NCBI RefSeq assembly: GCF_963506605.1
Contig: NC_083279.1
Span: 102,176,001 to 102,240,000 of the forward strand
Length of the DNA stretch: 64,000 nt
Reading direction: 5' to 3'
Origin: Zootoca vivipara
Taxonomy: Eukaryota
Made by a program: the position numbers and the translations under genes. Positions 36,437 to 45,409 of this stretch are shown piece by piece. The stretch's first letter is position 1. The number at the start of each line of letters is the position of its first letter. The notes under the pieces are model-generated. The model had not been told where the DNA came from, did no database searches, and saw only the letters and a program-made list of their open reading frames with translations.

Positions 36437-36900
36437 AAGCTGTCAAACCGTGGCGGAGAAGAACGAGCGGCTGAGAGCTGTCAAACAAGAGCTGTCAAAA
36501 CGTGGCGGAGAAGAACGAGCGGTTGACAGCTGTCAAACAGGAGCTGTCAAAACGTGGCGGAGAAGAACGAGCGGTTGACAGCTGTCAAACAGGAGCTGTC
36601 AAAACGTGGCGGAGAAGAACGAGCGGTTGACAGCTGTCAAACAGGAGCTGTCAAAACGTGGCGGAGAAGAACGAGCGGTTGACAGCTGTCAACCAGGAGC
36701 TGTGCGTCGGCAGGAAGCAGGAACGAAGAGAAGCGAAGCGATGGCTGGAAGCAGGAACGATGAGAAGCGAAGTGATGGCAGGAAGCAGGAACGAAGAGAA
36801 GCGAAGCGATGGCTGGAAGCAGGAACGAAGAGAAGCGAAGCGATGGCAGGAAGCAGGAAGGAAGCGAAGCGAAGCGATGGCAGGAAACAGGAACGATGGC
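36437..36900. repeat. Two tandem arrays between pol and env: about 5 x 52 bp (36437-36702) and about 5.5 x 34 bp (36709-36900)
   Basis: The 52-bp unit carries the palindrome TTGACAGCTGTCAA at 36523, 36575, 36627 and 36679. The 34-bp unit is GGCAGGAAGCAGGAACGAAGAGAAGCGAAGCGAT. Confidence 0.95.
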
Positions 36901-36915
36901 GTCGTCGAGGGGGTA

Positions 36916-39900
36916 TCACTGGCGTTTCAGGCGCAGCTTGATTGCGGTGGGGTCTGGGACAATTTCCGAAGTCCAATTGTCCCACAAAGGCGTAGCGGCA
37001 AGGTCTTCCTCAGGTCCGGTCTGTAGAGCCCGATCTTGGCCCCGATCGTCAGGTCCGGTCTGTAGAGCCCGATCTTGGCCCCGATCGTCAGGTCCGGTCT
37101 GTAGAGCCCGATCTTGGCCCCGATCCGGGTCCGGAGTTGGGAGCAAGGGAGGCGGGTCAGGCTCGTTGTCCTCTAGGTCAGCAGCTGGGAGGGTTGGAGG
37201 TTTGTCAAAGGTACAGTCCTCCCCCTCCCCGTCCCCAGAGTCTGACGGTGGCTCGGCTTTCTTGCACCTGGTGTGGTGCACCCAGGAGCTCTTCTCCCCT
37301 ATTTTTAAAGCGGTAGGTGAGGTGAGGAGAATTTGAAAGGGTCCCTCCCAGGAGGGTTGAAGTGTCTGCTTGTGGTAAACTTTCACTAAGATCCAATCCC
37401 CTGGATGGAAGGAATGGGCCGGAACATCTATAGGCAGGTTCTGACCCTCTACAGCAGCGTAGGCATGGAGTCGCCGTAATTGCTTCTGGAGTTGGACGAC
37501 ATATGCCGTGAGTTCCGCTTCCCCGGTATCCAACTCAGCAAGCGGGAATTGTGTGGTATAGACTGGTGGCGGTCTCCCGAATAGGAGCTCGTATGGGGAT
37601 AATTTTAGAGCTCTTGTGGGAGCACATCTAATGTTATGTAGAACTAGAGGTAGTGCGTTCACCCATTTCAGCCCCGTTTCACTGCAGAGTTTTCCAAGTT
37701 GCAACTTGATTTCTTGGTTTATACGCTCTACTTGGCCAGAAGACTGAGGGTGGTAAGGGGTGTGTAGTTCCCACTTAATCCCGAGTGCCTGGGCAACATG
37801 TTGGGCCACCTCTGCAGTGAAATGGGTTCCTTGATCGCTGTCCAATTTACGGGGGATCCCATATCTAGGTATAATTTCGTGGATGAGAGTTTTAGCGACT
37901 ACAGAGGCCGTCGCCCGTCGGGTAGGAAATCCCTCTACCCAATGGGAGAACTTGTCTACAATGATTAGTGCGTGCTTGAATCCCTGGCATGGTGGTAGAT
38001 CGATGAAGTCTAATTGCAGGGTCTCAAAGGGGACGAAAGCCCACGGTCTAGCTCCTGGGGGCCGTTTAGGTTCCCGTTTCGGGTTAAAGTTTTGGCAAGT
38101 GATACAATTCTTGGTAGCTGCTGCGGCCGCGGCTGCAGTCCCCGGCGCATAGCAGTACCTTTGTATGAAGTCCGTTATCTTTCCCTTTCCCCAGTGGGTC
38201 TGTTGGTGAAGTGTCCTTGCGAACTTAGGCGTCCAAGCCTTGGGTAGAACTATTCTACCATCCGGCAAAGTCCAAATCCCGTCGATTTCGGACGCACCGA
38301 TAGAGATCCACTTTGCCAGTTCTTCATCAGTTATGGCCTGATAGATATCTTTCAGGTTTAAATCAGCTGGGAGTTGGATGCACTGAAAGTCCATTCCCTC
38401 TGAGGGAGGTTGGAGTGCAGCCATTTGGGCCGCTCTATCCGCCCGGCTATTCCCTTTGGAGATGGGATCCCTCCCTCTCGTGTGTGCTTTGCAGTGAACA
38501 ACAGCTATTGCCTCGGGTAGGTGGATAGCATTCAGGAGCCTCTCTACCAGGGCAGCGTGCGATATTTGGGAACCCGCCGCTGTCAAGAAGCCCCTTTGGA
38601 GCCAGATTTGCCCCGTGGTGTGCACCAATCCGAAGCAATACTTGCTGTCTGTGTAGATGGTGGCCCGTTTGCCTTCACTAATTTCACAGGCCCTGATGAG
38701 GGCTACAAGTTCAGCCGCTTGGGCACTATACTGCGGACTTATTGGGTTGGCTTCTATTATTTCAAAATCCGTGACCACTGCATACCCCGACTTCCTTTCC
38801 CCGTCTACAATTTTGGAGCTGCCATCGGTATACAGAATTAGGTCCGGATTTGGCAGGGGAAGATGATCTAAATCTTCTCGAGGTTTCTCTGCCTGACGGA
38901 CTATCTGGGTGCAATCATGGTGTGGGGTGCCATCATCTGGTAGTGGTAAGAGGGTGGCAGGATTGAGGGAGGTAACTCGTTTGATAGTTACATTCGAAGG
39001 GGTCAGAAGTAAGGCCTCATAGCGGTTTAGTCGCGAGTTTGAGAAGTGGTGCGAACCCTTCATTGTTAGGAGAATGGACACCGCGTGCGGAACATGTATG
39101 GTGATTTCATGTCCTAATACAGTTTCCTGAGCTTTCTCAAGAAGTGCGGCTGTTGCAGCTATAGCACGGAGACAGTTGACAGTTCCCTTAGCTGTGTTAT
39201 CCAGCTGAAGACTGTAGTAGGCTACTGGTCTTTCCCTATCACGAAAGGGTTGTGTGAGGACCCCTGATGCAACTCCCATTTGTTCGTGGACATAGAGATT
39301 GAAAGGGATACGGTAGTCTGGGAGTCCCAAAGCGGGAGCTGAGCGGAGTTCCCGTTTTATTCGTTCAAAGGAGGCATAGGCTTCCTCATTCCATTGGAGT
39401 TTATCGGGGTGGTCCTGTCGGGTCATGGCTGTCAGGGGCTTGGTGAGTTCGGCATAACCCGCTATCCATGATCGGCAAAATCCAGCCATCCCTAGGAACC
39501 CCCTGAGCTGTCTTTTCGTTTGAGGTAATGGGATTTTTGTGACTGCCTCAATCCTGTCAGTAGCTAGGCTTCTAGTGCCAACCCCCAGGATGTGGCCTAG
39601 GTATTTCACCTCTTGTTTGCAGAATTGCAATTTCTTAGGTGACACCTTGTGTCCCTTATGTGCCAATTCCATGAGCAGGTACTTGGTGTCCAGTCTGCAT
39701 GCTTCCTCACTAGTAGAACACAATAAAATATCATCTACGTATAAGAGATAGGTGGATCCCCCAGGAAGGTTCACATCCTGCAGATCTTGGTGGAGGACCG
39801 CAGAGAAGATTGCGGGTGATTCAACATATCCCTGGGGTAGCCGAGTCCAGGTTAGTTGACCCGGTCCCCATGTAAACGCAAATAAGAACTGACTTTCTGG

Positions 39901-40779
39901 GGCCACCGGGATGCTAAAAAAAGCTGAGCACAAATCCGCTGCACTATACCAGGTCGTGTCGGGCGGGATGGCGTTTAGGAGCGAGTTCGGGTTGCCTACC
40001 ACGGGGTGGCGAGGGATCACGAACTGGTTCACCAAGCGGAGGTCCTGAACAAAGCGATAACGGACAGGTGCGCCTTCCCCTCCCGGTTTTTTGATTGGGA
40101 GTACCGGGGTGTTACAAGGGGAGGCGGTGTGCACCAGTATTCCTTGGTCTAGAAAGTCCTGTATCATTGGCGTGAGGCCGTCTATAGCCTCCTTAGGGAG
40201 CGGGTATTGCTTTGTGCAGGGGAAAGGTACGTCAGTGCGGTAGGTAATTCTGACAGGTATAGCTGACTTTAGGAGTCCGACCGAGGTAGATTCGGTGCCC
40301 CAGAGCCAAGGGGGCATTTCTAGCTCGAGTTCAAGGGGTAAGTCCGGGAATTGGTGGCCCATTTTCGCCTCCTCCACGATGCCTTGGAAGGCTAGGAGGG
40401 ACTCTTCAGGGAGGTGTAGATAAATCCCTTCCTTATTACACTGAATGGTAGCTCTCAACTTGCAGAGAAGGTCCCTGCCTAACATGTTCACCGGGCTGTT
40501 AGTCAAAAGGAAGGTATGTTCTGCCAGCAGGGGTCCCAACCTTACTTTAGCTGGCTCAGAAAGGGGACAGGTTCGGGGTATCCCATCTAATCCAAACACT
40601 TTGCGAGTTTCCCTTCCCGGTTTGAGGTGACTGTCCGACAAGGTAGAAAAGGTGGCTCCCGTGTCCAGCAGGCAATCATAGGATTGTCCGTCTATGTTAA
40701 GGGTACAGACTGGGTCCTCAGGTGATAAGGCGAGGACCGGGCAAAGTGCGGAGGCTTGAGTGGGATACCCGGCTGATTG
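36916..40779 (-). CDS. pol: ERV Pro-Pol (protease, RT, RNase H, integrase), in frame with gag and expressed by stop-codon readthrough
   Basis: Open from the codon after the gag TGA (QSAGYPTQ...CLLDTGATFS). Motifs LPQG, YVDD, RNase H (YTDGS, QAAEL), integrase HHCC and DDE, and a GPF module (WEGPFQI). Gag-Pro-Pol would be about 1906 aa. Confidence 0.95.
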   Translation of the reverse strand, partial: QSAGYPTQASALCPVLALSPEDPVCTLNIDGQSYDCLLDTGATFSTLSDSHLKPGRETRKVFGLDGIPRTCPLSEPAKVRLGPLLAEHTFLLTNSPVNMLGRDLLCKLRATIQCNKEGIYLHLPEESLLAFQGIVEEAKMGHQFPDLPLELELEMPPWLWGTESTSVGLLKSAIPVRITYRTDVPFPCTKQYPLPKEAIDGLTPMIQDFLDQGILVHTASPCNTPVLPIKKPGGEGAPVRYRFVQDLRLVNQFVIPRHPVVGNPNSLLNAIPPDTTWYSAADLCSAFFSIPVAPESQFLFAFTWGPGQLTWTRLPQGYVESPAIFSAVLHQDLQDVNLPGGSTYLLYVDDILLCSTSEEACRLDTKYLLMELAHKGHKVSPKKLQFCKQEVKYLGHILGVGTRSLATDRIEAVTKIPLPQTKRQLRGFLGMAGFCRSWIAGYAELTKPLTAMTRQDHPDKLQWNEEAYASFERIKRELRSAPALGLPDYRIPFNLYVHEQMGVASGVLTQPFRDRERPVAYYSLQLDNTAKGTVNCLRAIAATAALLEKAQETVLGHEITIHVPHAVSILLTMKGSHHFSNSRLNRYEALLLTPSNVTIKRVTSLNPATLLPLPDDGTPHHDCTQIVRQAEKPREDLDHLPLPNPDLILYTDGSSKIVDGERKSGYAVVTDFEIIEANPISPQYSAQAAELVALIRACEISEGKRATIYTDSKYCFGLVHTTGQIWLQRGFLTAAGSQISHAALVERLLNAIHLPEAIAVVHCKAHTRGRDPISKGNSRADRAAQMAALQPPSEGMDFQCIQLPADLNLKDIYQAITDEELAKWISIGASEIDGIWTLPDGRIVLPKAWTPKFARTLHQQTHWGKGKITDFIQRYCYAPGTAAAAAAATKNCITCQNFNPKREPKRPPGARPWAFVPFETLQLDFIDLPPCQGFKHALIIVDKFSHWVEGFPTRRATASVVAKTLIHEIIPRYGIPRKLDSDQGTHFTAEVAQHVAQALGIKWELHTPYHPQSSGQVERINQEIKLQLGKLCSETGLKWVNALPLVLHNIRCAPTRALKLSPYELLFGRPPPVYTTQFPLAELDTGEAELTAYVVQLQKQLRRLHAYAAVEGQNLPIDVPAHSFHPGDWILVKVYHKQTLQPSWEGPFQILLTSPTALKIGEKSSWVHHTRCKKAEPPSDSGDGEGEDCTFDKPPTLPAADLEDNEPDPPPLLPTPDPDRGQDRALQTGPDDRGQDRALQTGPDDRGQDRALQTGPEEDLAATPLWDNWTSEIVPDPTAIKLRLKRQ

Positions 40780-42636
40780 TCAATAATTCTGCCCTCCGGG
40801 TAGCAAGGATTGGGTTGAAGGAGCTGGATTATGCTGGTACGAGTTTCCATACTGTGGAGCCTGTGTCTGATACCCTGAGAGGGGCCGGGGGTTGGTGGCC
40901 TGAATGTTTTGTCGGTTCCCAGAATTAGGGGGGTACCGCTGTCCTGAGGCCATAGGTCCGGGTGCCGGTTGGTGTGGGAAGGTGCTGGTAGGGGGGTTTC
41001 CGTAGGGAACTTGTGACGGGTAGTAACCCGAGCCAGAGAGGTACGGACAGAACTTTTTGATATGGCTTTCTTCCCCGCAATTGTAGCACCCCCCTGTGTT
41101 GGGTCCCCACGGCCTGGGAATTACTGGTGGTGCGCCTCCTCTACCTCTTCCCCGGGCCATGCCTCTTCCCCGGAACCCCCTAGGTTCCATGTTGAGGGCC
41201 AATACCTTCTCCTCCTCAGCTGACCCTTCTCGCTTGGTTTTCTCATCTCGTGAGTTGAAAATGGTCTTTGCAATGGACAGAATTTCGCCAATGGGCTTTC
41301 CATCATATCCTATCTGGAGGTTCAGGGCCTTCCTTATGTCTGGGGTGGCCTGGTCCTTGAAGAATCCTTTAACTATAATTTCATGCTCGGGACTTTCTGG
41401 GTTTATCCCACCCCATGTTTTTATCGCAGTTGTTAGTCTACTGAAATAGTCGGAGGGGTGTTCGTTTTGTCCTTGCTGGACCGCTTGGACCTTGGTCCAA
41501 TTGACTACCCGTTTCCCGGCCGCCCGGATCCCTTCTAGGATTGCCCTGGTGAAAACCTCTAGACACCAGGTATGATCTGGATTGTTATAATTCCATGAGG
41601 GGTCATTTCGCAGCACGGTGGCTGTGAGAGGTGCGACGCCTCCGGGTCGGTTAGGTTGAAAGTCAGGGAGATTCAAGGCTTCACCTGCCTTGGCTAAGAT
41701 GTCTGCCTTCTCAGCCTCGTTAAAGAGGGAGTTCAGGAGTACCTGAACATCTGCCCAGGTAGGGTTATATGAAGAGAAGATGGCGCTGACTTGCCGGTGG
41801 CATTTATCGGGGTCATCTCTCAGGGAAGGCATCAAATTAGACCAGGTAACAAGATCAGTGGTGGCGAATGGTCGGTGAGCGTACACCATCCTAGGTGGAC
41901 CGTCAGGGGCGGAAGGAGGGATGGGTAACCCTCGTAGGGGCATCTGTGCGTCCCCTTGGCTGCTAGGACCGGCCCCATCATTTACTGACGTTAGCTTGGA
42001 CTTTGCCTTTAACTCTTTCTTAGTCTTTTCCCTTTGCGCCAAGGTCGAAGCCCTGGCTGTTCTTCCTTGCCCTTCGCTGCCACTCATTCCATCATCAATT
42101 TCACCCTCACTGCTAGTATCTTCAGAGGTGGCCGTTGGGTAGTAAAAGGGCAAAAGGGACTGATCGAAGGAGTCGCTGTCATCTGCTGGGTCCTCATAAG
42201 GAGGGGGTGGCGGCAGATTCCTTTGGGACCTAGGTCGGCGGGCTTTGGATTTCAAGACCGCTAGGTGTCTCGGATTTCCTCGTCCTGAGCAATCCGGGAC
42301 CGCTCTCTCGGCGGCTTCAAAGAGACTTAAATATTGCAGCTGCCGGGGCTTTTCTTCCCTTAAGTGCTTCTTTAAAATCTTAATTCGATCCACGTTAAAG
42401 GATCCCTCCGGTGGCCAACGGAGTTCAGGTCTTGTAGTCGTAGTTAACTTTGGCCAGGAAGCCTGACAGAGGTCTTCCAATTTCCGCTTTGAAAGGGTTG
42501 CATGTCCTGGAAGTTGACTCCAGCGGGCTAGCACGAATTCAAGGGGAGAGTCGGGGTCCCGCTGGGATAGAGAAGGCGTCCTCGAAGCCTTCTTCCCAGA
42601 GGGAGTCCGCTCTGGCTTCGAAGCACAAGTGCCCAT
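40780..42636 (-). CDS. gag: ERV Gag (618 aa)
   Basis: Myristoylation start MGTCAS, PPPY late domain (LPPPPPYED), major homology region (VQQGQNEHPSDYFSRL), single CCHC knuckle (CYNCGEESHIKKFC). Confidence 0.95.
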   Translation of the reverse strand: MGTCASKPERTPSGKKASRTPSLSQRDPDSPLEFVLARWSQLPGHATLSKRKLEDLCQASWPKLTTTTRPELRWPPEGSFNVDRIKILKKHLREEKPRQLQYLSLFEAAERAVPDCSGRGNPRHLAVLKSKARRPRSQRNLPPPPPYEDPADDSDSFDQSLLPFYYPTATSEDTSSEGEIDDGMSGSEGQGRTARASTLAQREKTKKELKAKSKLTSVNDGAGPSSQGDAQMPLRGLPIPPSAPDGPPRMVYAHRPFATTDLVTWSNLMPSLRDDPDKCHRQVSAIFSSYNPTWADVQVLLNSLFNEAEKADILAKAGEALNLPDFQPNRPGGVAPLTATVLRNDPSWNYNNPDHTWCLEVFTRAILEGIRAAGKRVVNWTKVQAVQQGQNEHPSDYFSRLTTAIKTWGGINPESPEHEIIVKGFFKDQATPDIRKALNLQIGYDGKPIGEILSIAKTIFNSRDEKTKREGSAEEEKVLALNMEPRGFRGRGMARGRGRGGAPPVIPRPWGPNTGGCYNCGEESHIKKFCPYLSGSGYYPSQVPYGNPPTSTFPHQPAPGPMASGQRYPPNSGNRQNIQATNPRPLSGYQTQAPQYGNSYQHNPAPSTQSLLPGGQNY

Positions 42637-43553
42637 TTTAAAGGGTTTTCTGGTGAAAGAAAGGAGGACGGATAAAGGGTAAGGGCTGGGTCACTCTAAC
42701 GTCTAGATTTTTAACAGGAAACAATCTATCCTATCAAGTTATACTTTTCCTAAAACTCCTGCGGGTTTTCCTTCCCACTCTGCCGTGTCCCCCTAGGCTT
42801 CCGCTAGGCTCTTCCCTCCTGGCAACCTCCTACCTATCTCTACAATCTGAAGAAAGAGGAGAGTCCTACTGAACGCCCGCGAGATGCGGTGCCAGATCGG
42901 GTGCTCTCCGAATAGAGTTTTGCGATCCGGAATACCCCCCTTGCTTTCAGAAGCGAGTTCACGCACGACACGCGTGTTACGTGACTCGACTGGTGCGGCT
43001 GGGGTAGAGACAGTGCAGGAAGGCTCCAACCAGGTGGTTGGAGGGTGGAAAAAGAGCTCTGGCCCCTTGCTTTCGCTGGAGATCGTGCCCCAACGGTGCG
43101 GCTGGTCAGAGTCCCCCACTCTCACCTGGTCCCTTGCTTTCACTGGAGATCGCGCTCCAGCGGGGCGGCTGACCAGCTGAGGGGGGGTTCGAGGAAACAG
43201 GGATAGAGCTCAGGACTCCCGTTCGAGTCGAGCGCGGCACTCGGTCCGAAGAGAAAGGCAGAAGGTAAGATAGGTAAGAGGGCAGAGAATTCAGTTGCCA
43301 GGAGATACCACCCGCTTCCCACCAGTGCACTGGATTTAACCTTATACTCACACACCTCCTCCTGAGAAGATCCCGGGATCGATGAGGTTGTCCGGCCGGT
43401 CCCTGGTTTTGCTCCCTGGCTGGGTCCTTCGGGGACCTGTAGATTACCGCCCGGTTGGTGGCCGGAGGTCCGGAAGATCCCCACAGGCAAAAGGTGCCTG
43501 ATGCCGGCTTGAAGACCTCAGGGCCCCCGGTCAGCAACTCGGGAGAACCGCAG

Positions 43554-43571
43554 GTCCCTGTTCGGGCGCCA
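43554..43571 (-). other. Primer-binding site complementary to tRNA-Lys3 (UUU)
   Basis: The minus strand reads TGGCGCCCGAACAGGGAC, the canonical 18-nt tRNA-Lys3 PBS. Confidence 0.92.
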
Positions 43572-43573
43572 AA

Positions 43574-44719
43574 TGTTAGGGCAAAATCTGGGTGCAAAGC
43601 AGCCGGACACCCAGCACGTCAGGCGAGGGCCTGCGGTGATTGCGGACAGCAAAGGAAGGAGGCCAGCCAGAGGTAGAAGCAAAAACACCAAGGTTTATTG
43701 CTGCGCAGCAGGTTCAATGCAGAGAATGAACCCCGAACAAAAGGTTACAACAACTTTTAAAAGTTCTCAACATTTCCCATAGAACACTGCAGAAAGTGTC
43801 ATACATACATCATTGATACATCATGGACACGTCACGAAAGGGGAAGGTACAGAACACATTTCCATATGGGTAAACAAGTTTTATGGCCAAGGGGTTGACA
43901 GACGACCCCATGATGGGTTACTCGATGGCCCAGGCATTGAAATCTCCAGGAAGATGAGTATTGGTGGATGTTCCAGATATGCACAGACAGGAGGTAACAA
44001 AGGAACCCTAGAGGGGAGGATATTCAGGGATTATACCTGATGGGTTTGTGTACAAGGTGGAGGGGACATTTTCCTGTGTACGTGACTCCGCGCTTTGGGG
44101 ATTATGTCGGAGCCTGGGGTCTTGGAAAGGCCTTGGTGTCTGTATCAAAATATCGTTGGTTCCGAAGGAATCCATGTTTGCAGTGATTTTATATGATTTA
44201 ATAAAGATTCTTGAGTTCCCCTATCTGGACTTGCTGTCTCGTTCATTGCCTGGGTAGCTTGGATACATTGTAGCAAGTTCTAATTGGATTACCAGCTTCC
44301 GAAGGTTCGAAGAACTGTCAGTGATTGTTCTCCTGTCATCGCCTTGTCAGAGGCTTACTCAAGCGTGCAGAGCTAGCTGAGCTAGGCTCTGCAGAGAGAT
44401 TGCAATCATCTGATTGGCTAAGACGCAGCGGACAGGAGAAGGGGGTTTCATTCATAATTTTCGCTACACTCATAACTTGGTTTCATTCATGGGTTTGTGA
44501 CAGTGTTACTATCATATAGAGAGGGTTATACAGGGGAGAGGGAGAAGCGGGAATGGAGAGAAGCCTTTATTTTGACAGGGCTCATTCCCATGGGTTGTGG
44601 GTTTACTTGTGGTGTGCCTGTGGGGATGTGGCCTAGCCTGGCGGGGTCATCTTGGGGTCCACTTCGGGGTCCAAACTAATCCTCGTTTGGTTGCCCCCCC
44701 CCCGTAAAATTCCCTAACA
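43574..44719 (-). repeat. ERV 5' LTR (1146 bp)
   Basis: Terminal inverted repeats TGTTAGGG...CCCTAACA, AATAAA on the - strand at 43694-43699, TATA-like TTTTAAAA near 43755. The PBS follows after a 2-nt spacer. Confidence 0.88.
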
Positions 44720-45073
44720 ATTACCATAGCATATGCATGATTCTGCTTTCTTGAATTGTCCTAGGCATAGCAGCCAACTCCTAGAGGCCTAGGTGCCTCC
44801 CCCCCCCAAAAGAAATTACTGGTAAATACTGTATTTTAAAGAGTCCTCCCCCCCCATGTTGATGGGCTTTCTATGTGGGGCTTATCTGCCCCCCCCGTAT
44901 TTTATTGAGGATGGAAGAGGGAGGAAAGGAAGGAAGAAATAGAGAGAGGGATAACTCACATTTGTGGGTGCCTCTGGGTGACGCTGTGATGCTAGAACTC
45001 TGCAGCAAGAGGAAGATACCGGTACACCTGTACAGGAGCCTTGTAAGCAGCTTTCTCTCTGCTTGATTTACAG

Positions 45074-45409
45074 CAGGCACATCCAACAGGTAGATTGTGA
45101 TCTACCAGTAGATCACTGGATGTCTGTGGTAGATCACTGCTAGATCACTGGCACCCCTAAAAAAAGCTCACCCAAATTTTTCCTCCTCCCTAAAAAAAGC
45201 TGAACTATGACCTGAAGCCCTAAACAAAAATGGGCCTCCCTCCCTCCTAAAAGAAGCTCAACAAGTTTGACCTAAACCCCCCAAAACAGGGCTTCCCTTC
45301 CTTAAAAAAACTCAACAGCTTTGACCTGAACCCCCCAAAAGGGGGTAGATCACTCCCAGTTTTTAACTCTGTGAGTAGATCAGAGTCTCTTGGGAGGTGG
45401 CCACCCCTG
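45074..45409. mobile_element. Nested hAT-like MITE
   Basis: Ends CAGGCACATCCAAC and GGTGGCCACCCCTG, subterminal GTAGATCAC repeats, perfect 8-bp TSD ATTTACAG at 45066-45073 and 45410-45417. Confidence 0.75.

Larger units (their letters stand above)
34356..44719 (-). mobile_element. Class I (gamma/epsilon-like) endogenous retrovirus with 5' LTR, PBS and intact gag, pro-pol and env; 3' LTR and PPT missing
   Basis: Order on the - strand is LTR 44719-43574, PBS, leader, gag, readthrough pol, repeat spacer, env. Viral sequence ends abruptly at 34356 inside the env cytoplasmic tail. Confidence 0.95.

Noticed and set aside
36330-36488. 53-aa N-terminal extension of Env in the ORF track
   Set aside because: It begins at a non-ATG codon inside the tandem repeat. 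The signal peptide starts at the ATG at 36329.
36437-36900. CRISPR-like appearance of regularly spaced palindromic repeats
   Set aside because: The intervening sequences are identical, so these are pure tandem repeats with no unique spacers. There are no cas genes and the context is eukaryotic and retroviral.
42793-43597. Accessory-gene-like ORFs in the ERV leader and LTR
   Set aside because: Short, mostly non-ATG starts, with no recognisable motifs. I cannot support an accessory gene.
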